A stretch of 64,000 nucleotides of DNA from NCBI GenBank assembly GCA_964519725.1, contig CAZFKS010000005.1:6024-70023 (forward strand). The letters run 5' to 3'. A program made the translations under genes and the position numbers. Positions 20,303 to 27,807 of this stretch are shown here, piece by piece; the stretch's first letter is position 1; each line of letters opens with the position of its first letter. The notes below the pieces were generated by a model. It was not told the origin of the DNA and did no database searches. It saw only the letters and a program-made list of their open reading frames with translations. This DNA comes from an uncultured Gammaproteobacteria bacterium (lineage in GTDB: Bacteria > Patescibacteriota > Patescibacteriia > Magasanikbacterales > UBA922).

Positions 20303-21724
20303 ATGAAAACCAGAGTTTTACTCATAAATTTTACTCAGGCAGAAGCCGACAAAATAAAAGTTCCGCCTAGTGTTGATATTCATAGGGGCTATTTGAGCGA
20401 CCTTTTGCCTTACGAAAAGATCTATAACGAGGAGTTCAATAAAACCTTAGGGAAGATGTGTCAAGCCTATTTTCCATTGGCGATACACGAATACAAAGTC
20501 ATATTCGTAAAACTTCATACAGTTCCAGGTTTGGAGGAAGAGTTCGAAGATAAGCTTGAGTCTTATCACGAAAAAATCGTGAACGATCTAATCAATTACA
20601 TCCTTCAAGGAAGTGGCTACTTAGTGGTAATGCTTGGAAATTATCAATCTGCAAAGATGTTCCATCTTGGAATACAAGACATCACTTTGCATAAAACTAT
20701 TGGTAGGGATAGCACCATCAATACAGTAAACACCGAGTTCAACAAGGTCTTTGAAAGGCTTGAAAGTGAGGTCATTATGCCGACTGAGAGCTATATCACC
20801 GTAGATGATAAAGAGGATGATTTTTACAAGAAGTTCTCATCGAGTTTTACAATTAAAAATATCTACAAAAATCAGGCAGGAAATGTTCTTGGTTGCTATC
20901 ACAATAACAGCAGGTATTATGGCGACTGCAGCCCAGGCTTCTTTCTGTTGCCCCTTTTCCGTAATAGCAATGTTGCTGTAGCGGAATTGCTAAAGGAGTT
21001 TTCACGTCATACGCAAAAGTTTTTGCCAGAGTTTTACCAATCCGATTGGCAAGACTCGGATGATTATCTTCCTGTCCAAGTACAGGAGTATCAAGACAAA
21101 ATTAGCAAGATTATTCAAAAAGCAGAGAGCCTTATTCAAGAGCAGAAAACCAAGAGAGATAACGCTAGAGCAAAATATCACTACTTGGTTGAACTCCTCT
21201 CTCAGAAACACGATGTGCTCAAGACCGCGGTAATAACTACTCTTCAGGAAGTCTTCAAATTGCCTGTAGATGACTCAGATGCAATAAAGAAAACCACGTT
21301 AGACCACGAAGATATTGTGGTTCAGGTGGGTAGTGAGCAAATCTTAGTTGAAATCAAAGGCGATAATGCTTCCTATCCTGGTACGGGACATATAGCTCAA
21401 CTATGGAAGCATTTGAAGAATAAGAAAGAGATTGAGCGTGGAGCACTTATTCTAAATTATGATGTGAGTACAGAACCAGAGAAAAGAAAGCTTGCCTACA
21501 CAGGTGAGGAGAAACACCAAATAGCTGACATCATCTATATTGATACGAGAGCATTACACGATTTGGCTATAGCAATCATTGATTACGGAATGAAACCTGA
21601 AGATGCTACAAAAATCCTTTTCCAAAATGGAAGAGTCACGTTCAACTTGGATAAACACACAGAGGAGTTTCAAAGTAAAAATGTCGCCGATAAATCGGTG
21701 TCTCTCGCAAACAAGTCAAACTAG
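20303..21724 (+). CDS. 473-aa protein with a coiled-coil segment and a C-terminal PD-(D/E)xK nuclease-like motif
   Basis: Near the C-terminus, LDHEDIVVQVGSEQILVEIKGD fits D-x13-E-x-K of the restriction-endonuclease fold. A coiled-coil (QEYQDKISKIIQKAESLIQEQKTKRDNARAKYHYLVELLS) precedes it. Codon bias (AAG/AGA/ATA-rich) is unlike its neighbours. Confidence 0.65.
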   Translation: MKTRVLLINFTQAEADKIKVPPSVDIHRGYLSDLLPYEKIYNEEFNKTLGKMCQAYFPLAIHEYKVIFVKLHTVPGLEEEFEDKLESYHEKIVNDLINYILQGSGYLVVMLGNYQSAKMFHLGIQDITLHKTIGRDSTINTVNTEFNKVFERLESEVIMPTESYITVDDKEDDFYKKFSSSFTIKNIYKNQAGNVLGCYHNNSRYYGDCSPGFFLLPLFRNSNVAVAELLKEFSRHTQKFLPEFYQSDWQDSDDYLPVQVQEYQDKISKIIQKAESLIQEQKTKRDNARAKYHYLVELLSQKHDVLKTAVITTLQEVFKLPVDDSDAIKKTTLDHEDIVVQVGSEQILVEIKGDNASYPGTGHIAQLWKHLKNKKEIERGALILNYDVSTEPEKRKLAYTGEEKHQIADIIYIDTRALHDLAIAIIDYGMKPEDATKILFQNGRVTFNLDKHTEEFQSKNVADKSVSLANKSN

Positions 21725-22043
21725 TAAACAGAAAATTTAAGGGGAATAACGCTAACCTATTACTGAGTATTCCACAACACTTCTTTCTTTGAGAGGATTT
21801 GAGTTTTGGTATCTCAAACCACTCTGGGTGCTCTTTGTGCATAGCGCGCAATTTCGGTATGATTTTATCGAGATAGCTGAACGTTAGGCCGCGTTTCGGT
21901 TCAAAGTTCCGCCAATCATCACTGCCTTTGTCACGACGTAACTTTATCGAAGTTGGATTATATTTATTACCGTCATGACTATGGCATAACATAGTCACAT
22001 TGTTCAGAATTAAACCAAAAGAATATGTCGACTTCGCAATCAA
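21642..22043 (-). CDS. hypothetical 133-aa protein (possible HNH-like C...H..H..N motif; C-terminal 28 codons overlap the 473-aa gene)
   Basis: The N-terminal two-thirds look protein-like (LCHSHDGNKYNPTS...HKEHPEWFE). The C-terminal tail reads antisense to the convergent gene, so the true end or the gene's reality is uncertain. Confidence 0.35.
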   Translation of the reverse strand: MIAKSTYSFGLILNNVTMLCHSHDGNKYNPTSIKLRRDKGSDDWRNFEPKRGLTFSYLDKIIPKLRAMHKEHPEWFEIPKLKSSQRKKCCGILSNRLALFPLNFLFTSLTCLRETPIYRRHFYFETPLCVYPS

Positions 22044-22351
22044 CGGCTGATTTTATTCTGGATCAAATTAATTTACCAAGCACAGCCGTGCGCAAAATGT
22101 TTGGTGAGTATGCCCTGTATTATCAAGGAAAAGTAGTGGCCTTGATTTGCGACAACACCCTGTTTGTAAAAATCACACCACCAGGCGCAGAGTTTGCGCA
22201 TGATTATTACGAGGAAGGCTTTCCTTACCCAGGCGCCAAACCGGCGTTAAAAATTAGTCCAGAACAAGTTGAAGATTCTGAATGGCTCACCGAACTAATT
22301 GAAATTACGGCGCAGAATTTGCCGACTCCCAAGCCCAAGAAAAAAGCCTAG
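22025..22351 (+). CDS. TfoX N-terminal domain protein
   Basis: RKMFGEYALYYQGKVVALICDNTLFVKITP matches the TfoX_N (Sxy N-terminal) fold. Codon usage is host-like. Confidence 0.65.
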   Translation: MSTSQSTADFILDQINLPSTAVRKMFGEYALYYQGKVVALICDNTLFVKITPPGAEFAHDYYEEGFPYPGAKPALKISPEQVEDSEWLTELIEITAQNLPTPKPKKKA

Positions 22352-22402
22352 ACTAATTTCTAGAGTCCGATATACTGAAGTTACTCTTAACTTTATTTCT
22401 AT

Positions 22403-23414
22403 GAATTGGCCTCAAAACTTCAAAGTGACTGACGCGCTTAAAATCGGCGGCGTTGTACTCATTGCGTTTGTTGTTCTAGCCGTTGGTTTAAACTTACTTA
22501 GCTCCCCTTTCCGGTCACTCATGACTAATTTTGGTGGTGGCTACAGTACTAGTGAAAGTGCACCCCCAATGTACGGTGGTATGACCAAAGAAATGGTCGA
22601 TGAAGTATCATTGTCCGCGCGCAATGTCGCTGGAACCATTGCCCCACCAACTACAGGCACTAGTGGCAATGATGCCGAGAATTATGAAGTGGTAAATTAC
22701 AACGGGCGCATTGAAACGGGAAATATTAGTAAAACTTGTGGTGCAATTGCCGAGTTAAAAGCCAAAGATTATGTGGTTTTTGAAAACTCGAATGAGTCAG
22801 ATAATTATTGCAATTACACGTTCAAAGTGGCCGCTGACCACGTAGCTGAAGTAAAGGGAATAATTAAAAACCTGGATCCAGAGGAATTAACTGAAAATAA
22901 ATACACGATTAAAAATCAGGTGGCTGATTACACGAGTGAAATTGATATTTTAAAAAAGAAAGCCGAAGTGATTGAAACCACTTTGAAAAACGCTGTGGCG
23001 GCGTACGATGAAATTACTGGTCTAGCCAGTCGTACCCAGGACGCTAGTGCGCTGGCCAAAGTAATTGATAGCAAAATTCAAACTATTGAACGTTTGACTC
23101 AGGAGCGCCTCATGATCAATGAGCAGTTAGATCGTTTGGCCCGTGGCAAAGCTGAACAACTGGATCGTTTAGCTTACACTTATTTCACCATCAATGTTTA
23201 CGAGCATAAATATTTTGATGGTGAGGGCCTAAAAAACTCTTGGAAAAATGCAGTCAGTCAATTTTTCTTTGACTTAAATGAAATTGCCCAACACCTGACG
23301 ATTGGTCTGGTCACCTTACTGATCACTGCTGCCCAATTTGTACTCATGTTCTTTATTATAGTGGTCATTGCCAAATACGTTTGGCGTGGCAGCAAGTACA
23401 TTTGGAATAAATAA
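22403..23414 (+). CDS. membrane-anchored coiled-coil protein (DUF4349-like architecture)
   Basis: Start taken at MNWPQNF. N-terminal TM, Cys pair, long coiled-coil, C-terminal TM hairpin (IGLVTLLITAAQFVLMFFIIVVIAKYVW). Confidence 0.55.
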
Positions 23415-23425
23415 AGTTTGTAAAT

Positions 23426-23460
23426 AAAAAAGCCTCCGTTAGCTGATGGAGGCTTTTTTA
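23426..23460. terminator. bidirectional intrinsic terminator
   Basis: aaaaagcctcc-gttagctgat-ggaggcttttt between convergent genes. Confidence 0.6.
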
Positions 23461-24216
23461 TTACTTACCTTCGTTTTGATCACAGTAATAATCAATAGCT
23501 TTATGCACAAAAGCAGCTAATCCTGGTCTGAATTTTTCGTAATATTCAGTGTACCGCGGATCATCTTCGTACATTTTTCCTAAATTACGGAACATTTCGT
23601 ACGAACAGTCATAGAAAAAATTCACGCCATCATGACTTTTTTTAATCAGTGCCTGAACGGTTTCACTTTCAATTGGCAAATCCATGGCCGCAGCCAGCGC
23701 CTCCATGTGCTTTTTGCCATCGTCTTTTAATTTCTGCATGTCAGCTTTGGTCATTTTACTAACCTTGGCCTGTGATTGTTTGTACGCATCAGTATTCCCC
23801 CATTTTTCCTTGGCTTCCTGGGCATACTCTTTCATGTCTTCGTCGGCAAAAGCATCGTAAAGTTCTTCGTCCTTCATATTAGTTTCGTGGTTAATTTTTT
23901 TAATTGTGCTATCAATGGTATGAATTAATTTGCTCAGCCGCTTTTTCTTAAGTTCAATCAATTTGCGATGATCTTGTAAAGCCGTAGCTAAGTCAAAATA
24001 CGGCGAGTTTAAAATTCGCTTAATATCACTGAGGGCAAAATCCAATTCTCGAAAAAAGAGGATTTGTTGTAGTTTGAGCAGCTCAGCCTCTTCATAAACC
24101 CGATACCCATTTGACTGGACGCGACTAGGACTAAGTAACCCAATCTCATCATAATAATGCAGTGTGCGCACACTGGTTCCAGCTAGTTTGGCTAGGGTCT
24201 GAACAGTATAATTCAT
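23461..24216 (-). CDS. MerR-family regulator with a TipAS-like C-terminal effector domain
   Basis: N-terminal MerR HTH (YTVQTLAKLAGTSVRTLHYYDEIGLL) and a C-terminal TipAS/Mta-like region. Confidence 0.85.
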   Translation of the reverse strand: MNYTVQTLAKLAGTSVRTLHYYDEIGLLSPSRVQSNGYRVYEEAELLKLQQILFFRELDFALSDIKRILNSPYFDLATALQDHRKLIELKKKRLSKLIHTIDSTIKKINHETNMKDEELYDAFADEDMKEYAQEAKEKWGNTDAYKQSQAKVSKMTKADMQKLKDDGKKHMEALAAAMDLPIESETVQALIKKSHDGVNFFYDCSYEMFRNLGKMYEDDPRYTEYYEKFRPGLAAFVHKAIDYYCDQNEGK

Positions 24217-24329
24217 AAGGTTTCGACTGACCTAAGAGTAGCATAAACTATCCCGTTACGTCAGGGTCAAACCTTGTGGTGTGGATAAACAAGGTTTATA
24301 CTGAGGTTACTTACTATTAAACAACTTAT

Positions 24330-24659
24330 ATGGGAATTATTATTCATTGGCTCGTGGTTACTCTCGCAATTATGGTTAGTGCTTATCTTTTGCCTGGGGT
24401 AAAAGTGGCTGGTTTTATTCCAGCACTCGCGGCCGCAGTCGTTCTAGGCTTACTCAATTTAATTGTTAAACCAATTCTGATTTTCCTGACCCTACCAATT
24501 AATATTTTGACCTTAGGTTTATTTACCTTGGTGATCAACGCGGCCATTATTATACTCGCTACCAAAATTGTGCCTGGTTTTACGGTGGCCAGTTGGGGTT
24601 GGGCAATTTTGTTTGGCATTGTGCTTGGTATTGTGAATGCCTTATTTGGCAGTCGTTAA
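24330..24659 (+). CDS. DUF360 / phage-holin-4-like four-TM membrane protein
   Basis: 109 aa with four TM helices and a YvlD-like LPGVKVAGF...LINAAIIILATKIVPGF pattern. Divergent from the MerR gene. Confidence 0.75.
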   Translation: MGIIIHWLVVTLAIMVSAYLLPGVKVAGFIPALAAAVVLGLLNLIVKPILIFLTLPINILTLGLFTLVINAAIIILATKIVPGFTVASWGWAILFGIVLGIVNALFGSR

Positions 24660-24660
24660 T

Positions 24661-25845
24661 ATGAAAAAAAATAAACAATGGGCAATTTTTGCCAGTTTTA
24701 GTGTTGTTATTTTAGCCGCGTTAATTTGGGCCGGGCATTACTTAGCACTATTTAAATCTGGACTTGAGCCAGTGGAAGAAAGCCATTTACCCTACACTAC
24801 GAGCACTCACCCGAATGCAGTTAGTTACACTGTCGAAGAAGTGGCGAATGGCCTCGATGTACCATGGAGCTTTGTGTTTACAGCACCAAATCGGATTTTA
24901 ATTTCTGAACGGCCAGGAAAAATTCGGCAAATGGTGGATGGTAAATTTCCCGAGCACTCAATTTTGTACGAATTTAAAGAAGTCGCCGCAAACGGTGAAG
25001 AAGGTTTAATGTCACTGGCCCTGGCTCCAGATTATGCGGCCAGTCACATTGTGTATGCGGCTGTGGCATATAATGCTGACGGAAAATCATGGGTTAAAAT
25101 TGTGACTTTAGTTGATCAAAAAGATCAACTAATTTTAGGCAAAGTTATTTTAGATAAAATTCCCGCTGCGCAATACCACGCGGGTACAGCTTTATCATTT
25201 GGATCAGACGGAAAATTGTATATTTCCACTGGTGATGCCACTAGTAAAGATCAGGCCCAAAATCTGGATTCATTATCAGGTAAAATTTTGCGCTTAAACT
25301 CTGACGGTACAATTCCAGCTGATAATCCATTTCCAAACAGCCCAGTCTTTAGTTATGGCCACCGTAATCCGCAGGGTTTGGCGTGGTTAAATGGCAAATT
25401 GTATGAAAGTGAACATGGTCCATCAATTTTTGACGGCCCAGCTGGTGGTGATGAAATCAATTTAATTCAAGCCGGAAAAAATTACGGTTGGCCACTAGTG
25501 TCACACGAAAAACATAAAGATGGCACAGAGTTTCCCCTCAAAGTGTTCACTCCAGCCGAAGCCCCAGCTTCACTCCTAGCCTACACTGGCAAAACTTTGC
25601 CACAATTTACTGGTAATTTATTTTTTGGGGCACTCAAAGGCGAAGGTTTAGTGCGCTTAGTTCTAGACCCAGCTGAGCCAAGTAAAATTATTCAAGTAGA
25701 AAAATTAGCCGCGGTAAAATATGGCCGGATTCGCGCAGTTGTCCAAGGCCCTGACGGAAATATTTATTTCTCTACTTCTAACCAAGACGGACGCGGTAAG
25801 CCAGCTAACACGGATGATCGCATTTTCCGCATTAGACCAGATTAA
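24661..25845 (+). CDS. PQQ-dependent soluble glucose/sorbosone dehydrogenase (GSDH) family beta-propeller
   Basis: Signal/anchor followed by GSDH motifs (RILISERPGKIR, EEGLMSLALAPDY, LYISTGD, NYGWP). Start at MKKNKQW. Confidence 0.8.
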   Translation: MKKNKQWAIFASFSVVILAALIWAGHYLALFKSGLEPVEESHLPYTTSTHPNAVSYTVEEVANGLDVPWSFVFTAPNRILISERPGKIRQMVDGKFPEHSILYEFKEVAANGEEGLMSLALAPDYAASHIVYAAVAYNADGKSWVKIVTLVDQKDQLILGKVILDKIPAAQYHAGTALSFGSDGKLYISTGDATSKDQAQNLDSLSGKILRLNSDGTIPADNPFPNSPVFSYGHRNPQGLAWLNGKLYESEHGPSIFDGPAGGDEINLIQAGKNYGWPLVSHEKHKDGTEFPLKVFTPAEAPASLLAYTGKTLPQFTGNLFFGALKGEGLVRLVLDPAEPSKIIQVEKLAAVKYGRIRAVVQGPDGNIYFSTSNQDGRGKPANTDDRIFRIRPD

Positions 25846-25846
25846 T

Positions 25847-26212
25847 ATGATTGTTTTTTGTGATAAAAATGGTCGCGCTGTGTTTTGGGTGACTGACAAC
25901 ACCAGACTGATTGATGCGCGCGGCAAAAGTCATGGGTTAGTTGAGGGCAGTGATGTGTTTGATTTTTCTGGCCAGCATCGTGGCTGGTATATTGATGGTT
26001 TACTGCGCGATGAAGGCGGACGGGTAGTGGCGTTTTGGTCAGATTTGCGGTCAGCGCCAAACAGTCCCGTGTTACCAATTTTGCACTTGCCGTTTCCAGC
26101 CGAACCAGTGCCCGAAGTTTTTCCCACTAAACCAGTGTTTAGCGTGAGTCCAATTGCACCTCAGTTGCATTTAGACTGGTCAAACTTAAGTCCACTAGAA
26201 TGGCTGCCATAA
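25847..26212 (+). CDS. small protein with four short beta-repeats (4-fold beta-flower-like)
   Basis: Start at MIVFCDKNGRAVFW. Repeats are DkNGrav, DarGkshG, FDFSGQHRGW and RDEGGRVVAF. The upstream in-frame extension overlaps the GSDH gene and was trimmed. Confidence 0.5.
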   Translation: MIVFCDKNGRAVFWVTDNTRLIDARGKSHGLVEGSDVFDFSGQHRGWYIDGLLRDEGGRVVAFWSDLRSAPNSPVLPILHLPFPAEPVPEVFPTKPVFSVSPIAPQLHLDWSNLSPLEWLP

Positions 26213-26213
26213 T

Positions 26214-26933
26214 ATGAAATCTGTTTCAGTTACTGCGGCCGCTGCCCAAAAAGCACTCAAAGCCAAAGGTAGTGCGGCCAAAGCTAAAAGTAGTAGTTGG
26301 TTTTTTAAAACTGGGCCTGGACAGTATGGTGAGGGTGATATTTTTTGGGGCGTGACTGTGCCAGAACAGCGCGCCATTGCTAAACAATTTATGCAGTTGC
26401 CACTCGAGCAGCTGCAAATTTTACTGAACAATAAAATTCACGAGCAACGCTTAACAGCGCTACTTATTCTCACCTATCAATTTGCCAAAGCTAATGAAAC
26501 TGAACAGAAAAAAATCTATGCGTTTTATTTAAAAAATACTAAACGCATAAATAACTGGGATTTAGTGGATGCCAGTGCGCGCGATATTGTGGGTAAATAT
26601 TTAATTGCGCATAAAAGTGAGCGAAAAATTTTGTACCAATTAGTGAAATCAAGAAACTTGTGGGAGCGTCGGATCAGTATTATTTCGACTTTTGCGTTTA
26701 TTCAACAAAAAGATTTTGCTGACACGATTAAAATCAGTGAACTACTGCTCAATGACAAAGAAGATTTAATGCATAAAGCCGTGGGCTGGATGCTCCGAGA
26801 AATGGGCAAGCGCGATCGTACTGTGCTAGTAAAGTTTTTACAAACGCACAAAAATAAACTGCCACGCACAGCTCTGCGTTACGCGATTGAGCATTTTCCA
26901 CCAGAAATTAGGAAGTCATATTTAGCCAAATGA
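26214..26933 (+). CDS. DNA alkylation repair protein (AlkD/AlkC-like HEAT-repeat glycosylase)
   Basis: NNWDLVDASARDIVGKYL ... WERRISIISTF ... HKAVGWMLREMGKRD, characteristic of PF08713. Confidence 0.8.
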   Translation: MKSVSVTAAAAQKALKAKGSAAKAKSSSWFFKTGPGQYGEGDIFWGVTVPEQRAIAKQFMQLPLEQLQILLNNKIHEQRLTALLILTYQFAKANETEQKKIYAFYLKNTKRINNWDLVDASARDIVGKYLIAHKSERKILYQLVKSRNLWERRISIISTFAFIQQKDFADTIKISELLLNDKEDLMHKAVGWMLREMGKRDRTVLVKFLQTHKNKLPRTALRYAIEHFPPEIRKSYLAK

Positions 26934-27763
26934 AATTAACAGCTGCGCAAATTAAAAAATTCCAAACCAAAATTTGGGATTATTATGCGGCGAATGGCCG
27001 TGATTTTGCGTGGCGCAAAAATATTACGCCCTATTTGGTAGCGGTTTCAGAAATCATGCTGCAACAAACCCAGACCAAGCGTGTGGCCGAAAAGTTTCCT
27101 GACTTTATTAAAAAATTTCCTGATTTTAAAAGTCTAGCAGTGGCCTCTACTGCCGACGTAATCTTAGCGTGGCAAGGTCTTGGTTATAATCGCCGCGCCC
27201 TGTATTTGCGGGCCTTAGCGCAAGCAGTGGTAAACGAATATCAGGGCAAATTACCAACTGAGCCAGAAGAATTAATTAAATTGCCAGGAGTAGGAAAAAA
27301 TACGGCTGGTTCAATTGCCGCGTTTGCGTTTAATAAACCCACGGTTTTTATTGAAACTAATATTCGGTCAGTCTTTTTACACGAATTTTTTTCTGAACAA
27401 AATGCGATTTCTGACCCAGATTTATTGCCTTTAATTGAGGCTACAGTACCAAGTAAAAATCCGCGCGAGTGGTATTATGCACTGATGGATTATGGTGTTC
27501 ACTTAAAAAAAGAACATAAAAATCCCAGCCGGGCCAGCAAACATCATACCAAACAAAGCAAGTTCATTGGTTCCAAACGCCAAGTGCGGGGAGAAATTTT
27601 GCGCCGCCTCGGGGTTGAACCGCTTAGTTTACACAAATTAGAAAAATACGTGCGTAAATTAGAATCGGGCCGAATTGAAGAACTTCCAGTTATTTTAAAA
27701 GAGCTGGTAAATGAGGGTTTTATTGAGCAAAATGGGCCGATTTTCACCCTCAAACAGACTTGA
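26930..27763 (+). CDS. HhH-GPD base-excision DNA glycosylase (MutY/EndoIII-like, no Fe-S Cys cluster seen)
   Basis: QTQTKRVAEKF ... LPGVGKNTAGSIAAFAF helix-hairpin-helix GPD motif. Contains an internal KFPDFIK duplication. Confidence 0.8.
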   Translation: MKLTAAQIKKFQTKIWDYYAANGRDFAWRKNITPYLVAVSEIMLQQTQTKRVAEKFPDFIKKFPDFKSLAVASTADVILAWQGLGYNRRALYLRALAQAVVNEYQGKLPTEPEELIKLPGVGKNTAGSIAAFAFNKPTVFIETNIRSVFLHEFFSEQNAISDPDLLPLIEATVPSKNPREWYYALMDYGVHLKKEHKNPSRASKHHTKQSKFIGSKRQVRGEILRRLGVEPLSLHKLEKYVRKLESGRIEELPVILKELVNEGFIEQNGPIFTLKQT

Positions 27764-27807
27764 TTTATATACCAAGTTGGTCTAAAATAGACCAGCTTTT
27801 TATATAT

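Noticed and set aside
24217-24329. MerR-type dyad operator in the MerR/DUF360 intergenic region.
   Set aside because: Only partial symmetry (CCC...ACGT...GGG) was found, not enough to call a site.
19934-24330. Search for an attR-like direct repeat of the tRNA-Ser 3' end (ggttcgaatccctccctctccgcca) delimiting the islet.
   Set aside because: No convincing partial copy was seen by eye near the compositional boundary (about 22.0 kb) or at nearby intergenic regions. The islet is therefore proposed on composition and position only.
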